A DNA stretch of 63,282 nucleotides, filler included. It is 5 parts of 5 records of this genome, joined end to end, with 100 filler letters (N's around TTAATTAATTAA, not from the genome) between each part and the next. Parts side by side here need not be neighbours in the genome. Positions count along the whole stretch, not along the records: positions 17,341 to 41,872 come from SRR20825019_1324; 4 more parts are not named here. One strand, 5' to 3'. Numbering within the stretch: position 1 is the stretch's first letter; every line of letters starts with the position of its first letter. Positions 18,831-28,867 of the stretch are shown here, piece by piece. A program made the position numbers and the translations under genes. The notes below the pieces were generated by a model. That model did not search any database and had not been told where the DNA came from. It was given only the letters and a program-made list of their open reading frames with translations.

Positions 18831-19859
18831 TCAACCGCCCTTCCGGCCCGTATCAGGCGAGGATGGCAGCACCGGCAGCAGCAGGCAGGCAATTCCAATC
18901 CCGCCGATGGTCAGAAGAACCCGGTTGGCGGCAATCGCCAGAGCCCCGGCTTCCGGGGAGAAATTGAATGTCAGGGCGATCGCCGTCAGACAGAAAGACC
19001 AGATGCCATAACGTTTGGCGCCAATCACCAACATCAGAAAAACCAGCGCGCCAACCAGCAGGATATGAAGCCAGGGGGTCGGGGCAAGAAAGCCAAGGAT
19101 AAGACCACCGGCGGCGGCGCCGAGAAGTGTTCCAAGACCCCGCGCCTTCATTCGGTAAACCGTCTCCTGACGCGTTGGTTTTGTAACCCTGAGGCCAGCG
19201 GCCGCCAGCCAACAGGGATGCGAGCCGGGAGCGAAACAGGCCGCCACGCTCCCCAGCAACGATATCGCCGCCATACCGGCGGTGAAACGCCTTTGGGCCG
19301 CATCTTTGAGAAGATCAAGCCGCTTGCTCTCTACCGCTTTTTTGGCAACGGGTATGAAAACCAGCACGAACAGCATCGCCCACAGCGTCCCCAGAAGAAA
19401 GGTCAGCCCGTAGATGACATCGCCGCCTTCGGCAACCTGACCGACGGACAGAAAGAAGGCCAGTGTGGCAAGCGCAACCGGCAGGCGGAGATAGCCGCCT
19501 TTCAGTTCCCCCGCACCTTGTGCAAGCGCGGCCGCCAGCGCGCAGGCGAAGAACGGGCCGGACCCCAGTTCAACGCGACCGCCGGCCATCGCAAACAGGC
19601 TGATAACAACGGCCGCCGATACCAGCACCCTGCCTCTGCCCACCTCGGGCAACCGCGGAAACGAGACCATCATCAGATAAGCACCGAAGGACGCGATACC
19701 GCCGTGAGACGCCTGACCGGCCACAAGCCCCGCCATCCAGGGCAGCACCACCCCAAGTGCCATTGAGAATGCGCCCAGAATTTTCGTCGGTGTCAGATCA
19801 AGAGATGGTTTCAAGAGCATTGTGCCGGTTTGTAAAAGCAGAGACAGCCGCTTGTGCAT
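18831..19859 (-). CDS. FUSC-family (aromatic acid exporter-like) membrane protein
   Basis: Multi-TM; HPCW...R.LGTLLG...RVLLTIGG pattern. Confidence 0.8.
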   Translation of the reverse strand: MHKRLSLLLQTGTMLLKPSLDLTPTKILGAFSMALGVVLPWMAGLVAGQASHGGIASFGAYLMMVSFPRLPEVGRGRVLVSAAVVISLFAMAGGRVELGSGPFFACALAAALAQGAGELKGGYLRLPVALATLAFFLSVGQVAEGGDVIYGLTFLLGTLWAMLFVLVFIPVAKKAVESKRLDLLKDAAQRRFTAGMAAISLLGSVAACFAPGSHPCWLAAAGLRVTKPTRQETVYRMKARGLGTLLGAAAGGLILGFLAPTPWLHILLVGALVFLMLVIGAKRYGIWSFCLTAIALTFNFSPEAGALAIAANRVLLTIGGIGIACLLLPVLPSSPDTGRKGG

Positions 19860-19900
19860 GATCCGGTTTGAAAACGGCCAGAGCCGAACCGCATTCCCGA

Positions 19901-20290
19901 TCAGGAAAGATATCTGGCAAGATGTAAACCTGAAAAAACAAAAACAAGCGAAACCATAACACTGGCGAGTATATACACAATTGCCAGAATGGAATCGCCC
20001 CGCGTCAAGAGGTTCATGTTATCGAGAGAGAATGACGAGAACGTCGTGAAACCTCCGAGAAATCCCGTTACGATCAGCGCCCGGATTTCCGGTGAGTTAT
20101 CGAACTTCTGAGAAATCATCTCCACGGCAAAGCCGATTATGAACGACCCCAGAATATTGACGATCAGGGTTCCCCAGGGAAAATGATCGCCCCAAAGGCG
20201 GGTTGACGCCAGACCGATCATCCAGCGGCAGACCGACCCGGTCGCGCCACCGGCTGCTGTAAGCAGGGCAAGAGACAGAAGATTAACCAA
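19901..20290 (-). CDS. crcB: Fluoride channel Fluc/CrcB
   Basis: GGATGSVCR, FPWGTLIVNILGSF and GFLGGFTTFSSF signatures. Confidence 0.95.
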   Translation of the reverse strand: MVNLLSLALLTAAGGATGSVCRWMIGLASTRLWGDHFPWGTLIVNILGSFIIGFAVEMISQKFDNSPEIRALIVTGFLGGFTTFSSFSLDNMNLLTRGDSILAIVYILASVMVSLVFVFSGLHLARYLS

Positions 20291-20429
20291 AGATCATGCT
20301 CATCTTTTTTGCCGTACCGGCACAGTGAAAGATTGCAGGGTCTGGCTGCCAGCAGGCATGACAATCGAAAGACCTCAGGCAATTCTGACAGCCCTGCGTT
20401 CCCCGGTATCAAAACATGTTCCGGGTTCG

Positions 20430-20457
20430 TGACAACTGTCAGCTCTGACAGTTGTCA
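20430..20457. promoter_or_regulatory. Second lux-box-like operator, upstream of crcB
   Basis: Inverted repeat TGACAACTGTCAG-ct-CTGACAGTTGTCA with perfect 13-bp arms; core AACTGTCAGCTCTGACAGTT (20434-20453) matches 18025-18044 at 17 of 20 positions. Confidence 0.75.
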
Positions 20458-20585
20458 GCGCGCCGAGGCAGATGAAACGCGTGCAGGCTTGCACTGTGGT
20501 TCCCATGTACGCCTTTTGCCCGGCCGGGAATCCAGCGAGACCGCTGACCGGCCATCTCATTTCGTTGATATCCGCAGAAAAACAC

Positions 20586-22274
20586 TCAGCTGATCAGGAC
20601 GATCACAATCCCCAGAAGGGTCAGAATCGTGCTTGATGTGGCATAGCCCACAGAATAGCCGATGGCCGGGATCTGACTTCCGGCGCGGTCGGTGATCATG
20701 CTCAGGGCGGCGGGGGCAGCGCGCGAACCGGCGCAGCAGCCAAGCACGATAGCATCGTCAAAACGGAACAGGTATTTACCGATATAGAGCGATAGAAACA
20801 TGGGCAAGGCAGCCGCAAAAACGGCCCATGCGACAAACACGAAACCAAGTTCCTTCAACCCCGCCACAACGCCCGGACCGGCAGTCAGGCCGACGACTGC
20901 GATAAACATGTTGAGACCGATCGAGCTCATGAACCAGCTCGTCGCGCGCGGAACGCGACCGAAAACGGGGCGGATCGAGCGCAGCCAACCCAGAAGCAGC
21001 CCGACCAGAAGAACACCACCGGCTGTCGAAAGCGTCAGCGGAACCGCGCCGATCTTCAGTGTCAGCGACCCGATCAGGGAACCAATGACGATGGCTGCTC
21101 CGATAAAGGCAACATCTGCACGTTCCGTTTCACGATCGAGATAGCCGAAACTTCCGGCGGCGGCATTGATGTCAGCAGGACGGCCCGTCACGCGGACCAC
21201 GTCGCCGCGAAAAAGCTGGGTTTCCGGCAGGATCGGAATTGAAACCGACATCGCGCCGCGACGAATCTCGGTCAGGAAGATGCCCCGGGTTTCAGGCATC
21301 AGCGCAATCTCTCTCAGGGACTTGCGATGAACGCTCTTTGCCGTGATCAGGATATCGGTGCCCTCGATGGAAACGCCGAGCAGTTCGGGATCGTCCACCT
21401 CCTGCAGCACCTTGCCGACATTGCCCAGCAGCACATCACGTTCACCGGCAATAGCGATGATATCGCCAGCTTCGATCACCATATCGACCGTGGCCTCGAC
21501 AACCGAACCATCACGCCGGATACGGGCGATATACATACGATGATTTTCGAAGAAATGCTCGGTCTGACCGATTGTAAGGCCGGCCACCGGTGCTTGCGGT
21601 TCGATGAGAAAGGCACGCGCGACATATTGGTGCCACGCCTTTTCGCTGTCACGCCCGTCGCCCGCGCCACCGATCCGTCTGGCGTAATCGCGGCAGGCCG
21701 CGGGAAGGTCAATGTTCAGCAGCTTCGGACCGAGAATGCCGAGCATGACAACCGATCCGAATGTACCGATGACATAGCTGATCGAAAAAGCGGCCGGCAG
21801 GATTTGAGTGCTCGCGGCTTTTGCCGACGCCGCCAGAGACGATTGCTCAATAGCGGTTTGCGAAAGGCCAAGAGCCGATGATGTTGTCGTCGAACCGGCA
21901 TAAAGACCCGCAGCAATACCGACGTCATATCCGGCCGCCCTTACCGCAAGATAAACAGAACCGAGGCTTAATCCGCAGACAATCACGGTAAACAGAGCCT
22001 GCTGGAGGCCGCCGGAAAATAACCCCCGGACAAATTGCGGCCCGGCGCTGTATCCAACCGCAAAAAGATAGAACATGAAGAAAATAGTCTTTACATCCGG
22101 GGAAACAGTGATGCCGATCTGGCCAATGACAAGAGCCGCCAGCAACGTGGCAGTCACATCGCCAAGTGAGATTCCGGCAATTTCCACACGACCGAGCGTA
22201 TAGCCGACCAGCAAGGACAGAAACAGCGGAATTTCAACATTCATCCGCAGCGTTGTGAACAGCCAATCCAGCAT
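20586..22274 (-). CDS. aspT: Aspartate:alanine antiporter (AspT/YidE family, two TrkA-C domains)
   Basis: LFAVGYSAGPQFVRG, AAGLYAGSTT, duplicated membrane domains around TrkA-C repeats. Confidence 0.85.
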   Translation of the reverse strand: MLDWLFTTLRMNVEIPLFLSLLVGYTLGRVEIAGISLGDVTATLLAALVIGQIGITVSPDVKTIFFMFYLFAVGYSAGPQFVRGLFSGGLQQALFTVIVCGLSLGSVYLAVRAAGYDVGIAAGLYAGSTTTSSALGLSQTAIEQSSLAASAKAASTQILPAAFSISYVIGTFGSVVMLGILGPKLLNIDLPAACRDYARRIGGAGDGRDSEKAWHQYVARAFLIEPQAPVAGLTIGQTEHFFENHRMYIARIRRDGSVVEATVDMVIEAGDIIAIAGERDVLLGNVGKVLQEVDDPELLGVSIEGTDILITAKSVHRKSLREIALMPETRGIFLTEIRRGAMSVSIPILPETQLFRGDVVRVTGRPADINAAAGSFGYLDRETERADVAFIGAAIVIGSLIGSLTLKIGAVPLTLSTAGGVLLVGLLLGWLRSIRPVFGRVPRATSWFMSSIGLNMFIAVVGLTAGPGVVAGLKELGFVFVAWAVFAAALPMFLSLYIGKYLFRFDDAIVLGCCAGSRAAPAALSMITDRAGSQIPAIGYSVGYATSSTILTLLGIVIVLIS

Positions 22275-22532
22275 GAAAAAGATACTCCGTCGTAACCACT
22301 CCCGAAGCCGGGATCACGACGCCAGTCAAACTGACATCCCGGCTTCATATCCCGTAGCTTACCAATCAGACGCTTGCAATGGGAGACAGACACCGGGCGG
22401 AGATAAAGGCCAGGACCATATCACCGGCGCCTTCGGCCGAGCAAAACCCTTTTCAACCCAGAGTCCCGCTCGGCTTCGAAAGTACCAGCAAGGCCGGCAA
22501 CCCGGCAGGCCGGCAGATGCACCAGCCCTATA

Positions 22533-24557
22533 TCAGTCTGTAAAGCGGCGAAGCGTTTGCCTTACCGTTTCAACAACACCTGCAGCCGTAATGCCGAAAA
22601 TCTCGAACAGGACCGGCGGCGGTGCAGACTCGCCAAATCTGTCGATGCCGACGCACCCGCCTTCAAGACCGACATATTTACGCCAGTATTCGGTGCCCGC
22701 CGCTTCGACGGAGATGCGCGGCACACCTTCAGGCAGCACGTCTGTCCGATAGGCGTGATCCTGACGATCGAAGATGAAGGTTGACGGCATGGAGACGACG
22801 CGGACATGAACGCCTTCTGCTGCCAGCATTTTCTGCGCTTCAAGCGCCTGACGTGTCTCAGCCCCCGTGGCGATGATGATGGCAACAGGTCTGCCGGCAG
22901 CCTCGCTCAGAATATAGCCGCCCTTACGGATCTGTTCCACCTGTGACCGGGTCCGCTCCAGCGGCGGCAGAACCTGACGGCTCAGCGACATCAGGGTCGG
23001 CGTGTCGCGATGTTTCAGGGCCGTTTCCCAGGCAATCGCTGCTTCAGCCGCATCGGCCGGACGCCAGACATCCAGGTTCGGAATCAGCCTCAGCGAACCC
23101 AGATGCTCGATCGGCTGGTGGGTCGGGCCATCTTCACCCACAGCAATCGAGTCGTGCGAGAGCGCATAAACGACACCGAGCTTCATCAAAGCCGCCATGC
23201 GGATGGCATTGCGCTGATAGTCGGAAAAGACAACGTAGCCACCGCCGAACGGGCGGAACCCGCCATGCAGAAAGATGCCGTTCATCATCGCACCGAGCGC
23301 GAATTCACGAACCCCGCAATAGATGAAATTACCGCCGCCATTTGCAGTCAAAGGCCTGATATCATCCCATATCGACAGGCAGGAACCGGCGAGATCAGCC
23401 GAACCTCCGACCAGTTCCGGTAGTTCCCTGCCCAGCATTTGCAGCACGTTCTGACTGGCCTTTCGCATCGGTATCGTGTCCGGCGACTTTTCGGCATTTT
23501 CGATAAAGGCCGACATTTTTGTACCGAAATCGACCGGAAGGTCACCACTCAGCCGCCGCCTGAATTCGGCGGCCTCCGCCGGGTAGGCCGTTTCATAGGC
23601 CCTGAAGGCTTCGTTCCAGGCGCTTTCGGCCTTTTCACCTGCGGCAACGGCATCGAAACCGGCATAGACTTTCTCCGGTACCTCGAAGGGCGGCAAGGCC
23701 CAGCCGAGCGCCTCGCGAACGCGGGCGACCTCTTCATCACCAAGGACATTGCCGTGACAATGGGCCTCGCCAGCATAGGATGGCGACCCTTTGCCGATCG
23801 TGGTCTTGCAGCAGATCAGCGTCGGTTGCGACAGGTCTTCCTTCGCCGTGGCAATCGCGGCATCGATGGCATCGACATCATGACCGTCGACATCGCGGAT
23901 CACCGTCCAGCCATAGGCTTCAAAACGCTTCGGCGTGTCATCGGTAAACCAGGCCTCGACATGTCCATCAATGGAAATACCGTTGTCATCGTAAAACGCG
24001 ATCAGCTTGCCAAGCCCCAGCGTACCAGCCAGCGAGCAGGCTTCGTGGGAGATACCTTCCATCAGGCAGCCGTCTCCCAGAAACGTGTATGTGAAATGAT
24101 CAACAATGGCCGCTTCCGGCCTGTTGAAGGTGTCAGCCAGCATACGTTCCGCTGCCGCCATGCCGACAGCATTGGCAAGGCCCTGTCCCAGCGGCCCGGT
24201 TGTGGTTTCAACACCGGGTGTAACGCCATGTTCGGGATGACCGGGCGTTCGGGAATGGAGCTGACGGAAGTTGCGGATATCGTCCATCGACAGGTCGTAG
24301 CCGGTCAGGTGCAACAGGCTGTAAAGCAGCATGGACCCGTGACCATTGGACAAGACGAAACGGTCCCGATCTGCCCAGTGCGGGTTCTTCGGATTGTGCC
24401 TGAGATGGCGTGTCCATAGCGCCACGGCAATTTCGGCCATGCCCATGGGCATACCCGGATGGCCTGAATTGGCTTTTTGCACGGCGTCCATGGACAGAAC
24501 GCGTATGGTATTGGCAAGGTCGGTCGAAGAGGCCCTGTCAGTGTTGCGGTTTAGCAT
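22533..24557 (-). CDS. tkt: Transketolase (divergent paralog)
   Basis: [35 protein letters not shown] motifs. Confidence 0.95.
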   Translation of the reverse strand: MLNRNTDRASSTDLANTIRVLSMDAVQKANSGHPGMPMGMAEIAVALWTRHLRHNPKNPHWADRDRFVLSNGHGSMLLYSLLHLTGYDLSMDDIRNFRQLHSRTPGHPEHGVTPGVETTTGPLGQGLANAVGMAAAERMLADTFNRPEAAIVDHFTYTFLGDGCLMEGISHEACSLAGTLGLGKLIAFYDDNGISIDGHVEAWFTDDTPKRFEAYGWTVIRDVDGHDVDAIDAAIATAKEDLSQPTLICCKTTIGKGSPSYAGEAHCHGNVLGDEEVARVREALGWALPPFEVPEKVYAGFDAVAAGEKAESAWNEAFRAYETAYPAEAAEFRRRLSGDLPVDFGTKMSAFIENAEKSPDTIPMRKASQNVLQMLGRELPELVGGSADLAGSCLSIWDDIRPLTANGGGNFIYCGVREFALGAMMNGIFLHGGFRPFGGGYVVFSDYQRNAIRMAALMKLGVVYALSHDSIAVGEDGPTHQPIEHLGSLRLIPNLDVWRPADAAEAAIAWETALKHRDTPTLMSLSRQVLPPLERTRSQVEQIRKGGYILSEAAGRPVAIIIATGAETRQALEAQKMLAAEGVHVRVVSMPSTFIFDRQDHAYRTDVLPEGVPRISVEAAGTEYWRKYVGLEGGCVGIDRFGESAPPPVLFEIFGITAAGVVETVRQTLRRFTD

Positions 24558-24631
24558 TTCAAAACCTCGAAACAGGAAGTCAATAAGTGGGGTGCGCCGG
24601 GCAAAGACCCGCGCTGCTGCATTTTGGCTGT

Positions 24632-24976
24632 TCAGGTGTGGGCGATCAGTGTGACTTCGATCAGCATGTCGCCGCCGAGATCAGCCGGGCATATGGTGGC
24701 GCGCGCTGGCATATCAGCGGCGGAAATCCACGCGGCCCAGACTTCGCTCATCTTCGCCTTGAGTTGCAGATCTGCGAGATAGATCGTGGCAAAAAGCAAT
24801 TTGCTCTTGTCCGACCCCGCCGCTGCAAGATAGGTTTCCAGCTTGGCGATGGTTTCACGGGTCTGCCCGGTGATATCCAGTTTCGTGTCGTCGCATGAGG
24901 TGCCACCGACAAAGACCAATCCGTCTTTTTCGACGACACGGTGCAAGACAGGGGACGGAAGATATCTGTTTGTCAC
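24632..24976 (-). CDS. RidA/YjgF-family protein
   Basis: 114 aa; [19 protein letters not shown] motifs. Confidence 0.88.
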   Translation of the reverse strand: MTNRYLPSPVLHRVVEKDGLVFVGGTSCDDTKLDITGQTRETIAKLETYLAAAGSDKSKLLFATIYLADLQLKAKMSEVWAAWISAADMPARATICPADLGGDMLIEVTLIAHT

Positions 24977-25054
24977 GGTGTTTCCTTTCCTTGTGGAGGG
25001 CTTGCCGCAATGCTTGTGGAAGGGCGCGGCAAGCCCCGGTTCATTTCTCTCCGG

Positions 25055-26074
25055 TCATGGCTTCGATCTCCTAAGATCGTCCTCGATCAGCGCAACCATG
25101 CGTTCAAGAGACATCATGGCTGACACGCCGTCGTGAATATCGGGGGCTGGACTTTCCTCACCTCTGAAAGCCTTGGCCGCATCCGCCATCAAAGCCGCAT
25201 AGCCCTTGTGATCCTCATTGGCGGCGGCGGTGAAATTCGGCGTCCAGCCCAGCGTATCTGCATCATCGGCAAGGTTTGCCGATGGATCTTCGGCCTTGAA
25301 CGCAGGATCTCTGAAGTATTTGATATTGATGATGTTATCGATTTCGATCCGGCAGTGATCGCCCATGATCGTGATCGCTTCCGTCGGCGTTCCGCGGGAC
25401 TGGATCGTGCCCATGACGATATTGCCGACGGCCCCGTTTTCAAATCCGACATTGAGATGCAGCAGCAGGTGACCCGGTTGGGCCTCAATCGTGCGCACGG
25501 CCATGTCTGAAAAATCCGAGCCGGCAAACCAGGGGATCAAATCCATATAGTGAATGCAGTGATGCAGGTAAAACCCGCTATAGTCCGGTTCCTTCGCGAA
25601 ATAGGCAGGGCCGGTCATATAAGAACCGGTAATCCCGAGCACATCTCCGAACGCGCCGTCCTTCAGGATATTGCCCGCAATCTTGTTGCCGCTCGAATAG
25701 CGTTTCATGAAACCAACAATTACCGGTTTGCCCGCCTTTTCCGAGGCTGCGGCAATCTCGCCTGCGCCTGCGCTGTCACGGGCAGGCGGCTTTTCGAGAA
25801 ACACCGGCAAGCCGCGTTCCAGTGCGGCAATGGTGGCGATACGGTGCAGGTCCGGCCCCACTGCCATGCCGATGGCATCGAGACCCTTATGGGCGATCAG
25901 GTCGCGGTAATCGCTGTAAACCGCTTCGGCCCCGTATTGCCAGGCCGCCGCATTGGCAGCATCGCCGTTGACGTCGCAAACGGCGGCAACGCGCATATCG
26001 TTGCGGCCAAGCTGCGGCATCAGCATATGGGTGGCATGACGGCCGCAGCCGATCCATCCGATCTTGAGGGTCAT
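25055..26074 (-). CDS. Gfo/Idh/MocA-family NAD(P) oxidoreductase
   Basis: IGCGRHA, FLEKPPA, VGFMKRY motifs. Confidence 0.92.
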   Translation of the reverse strand: MTLKIGWIGCGRHATHMLMPQLGRNDMRVAAVCDVNGDAANAAAWQYGAEAVYSDYRDLIAHKGLDAIGMAVGPDLHRIATIAALERGLPVFLEKPPARDSAGAGEIAAASEKAGKPVIVGFMKRYSSGNKIAGNILKDGAFGDVLGITGSYMTGPAYFAKEPDYSGFYLHHCIHYMDLIPWFAGSDFSDMAVRTIEAQPGHLLLHLNVGFENGAVGNIVMGTIQSRGTPTEAITIMGDHCRIEIDNIINIKYFRDPAFKAEDPSANLADDADTLGWTPNFTAAANEDHKGYAALMADAAKAFRGEESPAPDIHDGVSAMMSLERMVALIEDDLRRSKP

Positions 26075-26958
26075 CGCTCAGCCTCCGCCATTGTCATTGT
26101 GGATCGCATGAAGGCAATGGCTGCTTTCAGTTTTTCGCTTTCGTCCTCATGCGGCGGCCGCCACTGGGCAATCGGCAGGCCGACGCGGTCATCATTGCGG
26201 CGGAACGGTTCCAGCGTCACAGGTCCATGATAGCCGGTTTCGGCAAGCGCCTTCATGGTTGAGGGCCAGTCGACATGGCCGGTTCCGGGGAACCCCCGAT
26301 GATTTTCATTGCCCTGGAAATAGACGATACGGCTTCCGGCCTTGCGGATCGCTTCGGGGATCGAGCGCTCCTCGATATTGGCATGGAATGTATCGAACAG
26401 CAGACCCAGCGCCGGATGATCGACCGCGTCGATAACGCCGATGGCCTGCGAAACGGTCGAGATAACATCGGTCTCGTAACGGTTGAGCGGCTCCAGCGCC
26501 AGCTTGCACCCGGCGCCTTCCGCTTTTGGCGCCAGCCCCGACAATGCTTCGATAACACGCACCTCGCGCGCTTTCATTTCATCGTCGCTCACGGGAGCGG
26601 GGGCACGCCCGGCGAAGACCATCGGCGCACCGTAAAGCGGCCCGCCAATGGTTTTGGCACCCAGTTTTTCCGCAACGTCGATGCAATATTCGATATAATC
26701 GCTGCCACCTGTCCTGACGGTCGGATCGGCATCGGCAATCGAGCGCTGCAGGTTGACACGGGCGGCAAGCGCAACATCGAGCCCGGCCCCGTCAAGGGCG
26801 GACCGGACGGCATCGAGGTCAAGGTCATCCTCCGGTTCCGGCACCAGCAGTTCGACGAGGTCGAAGCCGAGCGCCTTCATATGCTCGAAGAGTTGCAGAT
26901 GCTCCCGGCCAAAAGGCCGGGCAAACTGCATCGAAATGATACCAATCGGATTTTGCAC
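26071..26958 (-). CDS. Ketose 3-epimerase (D-tagatose/L-ribulose 3-epimerase family)
   Basis: EPLNRYE, DTFH, ENHRG, LEPF motifs; N-terminus NPIGIISMQF resembles the Rhodobacter sphaeroides D-tagatose 3-epimerase as recalled. Confidence 0.85.
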   Translation of the reverse strand: MQNPIGIISMQFARPFGREHLQLFEHMKALGFDLVELLVPEPEDDLDLDAVRSALDGAGLDVALAARVNLQRSIADADPTVRTGGSDYIEYCIDVAEKLGAKTIGGPLYGAPMVFAGRAPAPVSDDEMKAREVRVIEALSGLAPKAEGAGCKLALEPLNRYETDVISTVSQAIGVIDAVDHPALGLLFDTFHANIEERSIPEAIRKAGSRIVYFQGNENHRGFPGTGHVDWPSTMKALAETGYHGPVTLEPFRRNDDRVGLPIAQWRPPHEDESEKLKAAIAFMRSTMTMAEAER

Positions 26959-26991
26959 GTTTTTCCTTTCTTCAGCTTGGAATTCGCTTTG

Positions 26992-27825
26992 TCAGCCCTT
27001 GACCGCACCCTGCGTCATGCCACTGATCAGACGTTTCTGGACGATGAGGAACAACACGGTGGCCGGCAGTGCGCCAACGATACCGCCAGCGGTCAACAGG
27101 CCCCATTGCACTTCGTATTCGCCAATCAGCGTCTGAATGGCGACGGTAATCGTGCGGACATTCTGACCGCCGAGCGTCAGGGCGTAGAGGTATTCGTTCC
27201 AGGAGGTGATGAAGATATAGATACCGGTCGCAACGATACCCGGCGTACACAGCGGCAGGACCACGCGGCGCAAAGCTCCCAGCCGGGTGCAGCCGTCTGT
27301 CATGGCCGCCTCATCGAGGGATTTCGGAATGCCGTTGATATAGCTGGTCATCATCCACACGGAGAACGGGATGGCGATGGTCGAGTTCGCGATGATCAGG
27401 GCAAGATGCGTATCAAGTAGGCCAAGCACGCGCATCAGCACGAACAGGGGCAGGATCAAAAGCACGATCGGGAACATGTTGATGATCAGGAACTGCACCA
27501 GCAGATAGCGTTTTCCGCGAAACGAGAAACGCGAAAATGAATAGGCCGCCGTTACACTCAGCGTCAGCCCGACAACAACCGTACCGGCGGCGACAATGAA
27601 GGACGTGATCAGATTGTCCATGAAGCCGACGGTCTTGAACAGCCGGATGTAGTTTTCAAGCGTTGCCCCGATCAGGCTCGGGCCATCGGTGAACAGCCTG
27701 TCTTCCCTCGTCAGGGACGTAATCAGCATCCACAGATAGGGACCAAGCGTAAACAGCAGGATCAGCACCATCGGCAATTCGACGAACAGGATACGCTTTG
27801 TTCTGGATTTCTTTCCGACGATCAT
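26992..27825 (-). CDS. Carbohydrate ABC transporter permease (MalG-like)
   Basis: LDEAAMTDGC EAA loop; ends GAVKG. Confidence 0.95.
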   Translation of the reverse strand: MIVGKKSRTKRILFVELPMVLILLFTLGPYLWMLITSLTREDRLFTDGPSLIGATLENYIRLFKTVGFMDNLITSFIVAAGTVVVGLTLSVTAAYSFSRFSFRGKRYLLVQFLIINMFPIVLLILPLFVLMRVLGLLDTHLALIIANSTIAIPFSVWMMTSYINGIPKSLDEAAMTDGCTRLGALRRVVLPLCTPGIVATGIYIFITSWNEYLYALTLGGQNVRTITVAIQTLIGEYEVQWGLLTAGGIVGALPATVLFLIVQKRLISGMTQGAVKG

Positions 27826-28733
27826 CGATCGACCCTCCCGACCTTGCGCAGATAGACGATAACGAGCCCGAGAAGCATCAGCGTGAACATGACGGCAAGC
27901 GCCGAACCGTAGCCGAAATCGAGATTGGTTCGGGCCTTGATGAAGGCATATAGCGGCAGCGTGTAAGTCGAGTATCCGGGGCCGCCGCCGGTCATGACGT
28001 AGATAACATCGATGGAATTGGCGACCCAGATCGTTCTCAGGAGTACCGCCGTGACAAGCACGCCGGAAATACCGGGCAGGGTGATATGCCAGAACTGCCG
28101 GAACTTGCTTGCCCCATCGATGGACGCGGCCTCGTAATAGCTTCTCGGGATAGATTGAAGGGCGGCAAGGATCATCACAGCGAAAAAGGGAAAACCCTGC
28201 CAGGTCAGCGTCAGGATAATTGCATAAAGCGCGGTATCCGGATCGGCAAGCCAGGGGACCGACTGCTGAATCAGGCCAATCCTGAGCAGGAAGTCGTTCA
28301 GAACACCATAGTTGCTGTCATAGATCCAGACCCACATCAGGCCGATCACGACACTGGGCAGCGCCCAGGGAATAATGATCAGCGCCCGCGCCAGCGGCCG
28401 CCAGAAGAATTCCTGATTGAGCAGCATGGCCGTTGCCAGGCCTAAAAGCATCTGGGCCGGAATGGTGATGCCGATCCACATGATCGTGTGCTTCAGGGAA
28501 ATCCAGAAGACTTCATCCTGCAACGCTGCAATGAAATTCTTCAGTCCAACAAAGGAAATCGCATTGGGTTTCCAGAGCACATAGTCATGCAGGCTCATCC
28601 AGGCGGCCTGGACCATCGGGAAAAAAACGATGGCAAGCGTTACAAGGACGGCGGGTGACAGCAGGGCATAGGGCAGAACACGTCTGGCCAGCGCTGCACG
28701 CCCTATCGGGATTTCGGAGGAAGTCATGGTCAT
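27822..28733 (-). CDS. Carbohydrate ABC transporter permease (MalF-like)
   Basis: YEAASIDGAS EAA loop; MTGGGP. Confidence 0.95.
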   Translation of the reverse strand: MTMTSSEIPIGRAALARRVLPYALLSPAVLVTLAIVFFPMVQAAWMSLHDYVLWKPNAISFVGLKNFIAALQDEVFWISLKHTIMWIGITIPAQMLLGLATAMLLNQEFFWRPLARALIIIPWALPSVVIGLMWVWIYDSNYGVLNDFLLRIGLIQQSVPWLADPDTALYAIILTLTWQGFPFFAVMILAALQSIPRSYYEAASIDGASKFRQFWHITLPGISGVLVTAVLLRTIWVANSIDVIYVMTGGGPGYSTYTLPLYAFIKARTNLDFGYGSALAVMFTLMLLGLVIVYLRKVGRVDR

Positions 28734-28828
28734 GGGTCCGTTTTCGCCGGAATAGCGGCTCCTGGATTGTTCAGCACCTTGCGGGCTGGCAAAAAGGAGT
28801 CAGTCATGAAGGTGATACGAATGGGAAA

Positions 28829-28853
28829 GGCCCGGCCCGCAATGGGCCGGGTC
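28829..28853 (-). terminator. Intra-operon hairpin after the binding-protein gene
   Basis: CCCGGCCC-gcaat-GGGCCGGG followed by TTT on the minus strand. Confidence 0.55.
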
Positions 28854-28867
28854 TGTTCGGCGCGCTC

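Noticed and set aside
20291-20585. Fluoride riboswitch upstream of crcB
   Set aside because: No GAUGG...CUGAUG/CUAAUG pseudoknot consensus found on the minus strand; a lux-box-like dyad is present instead.
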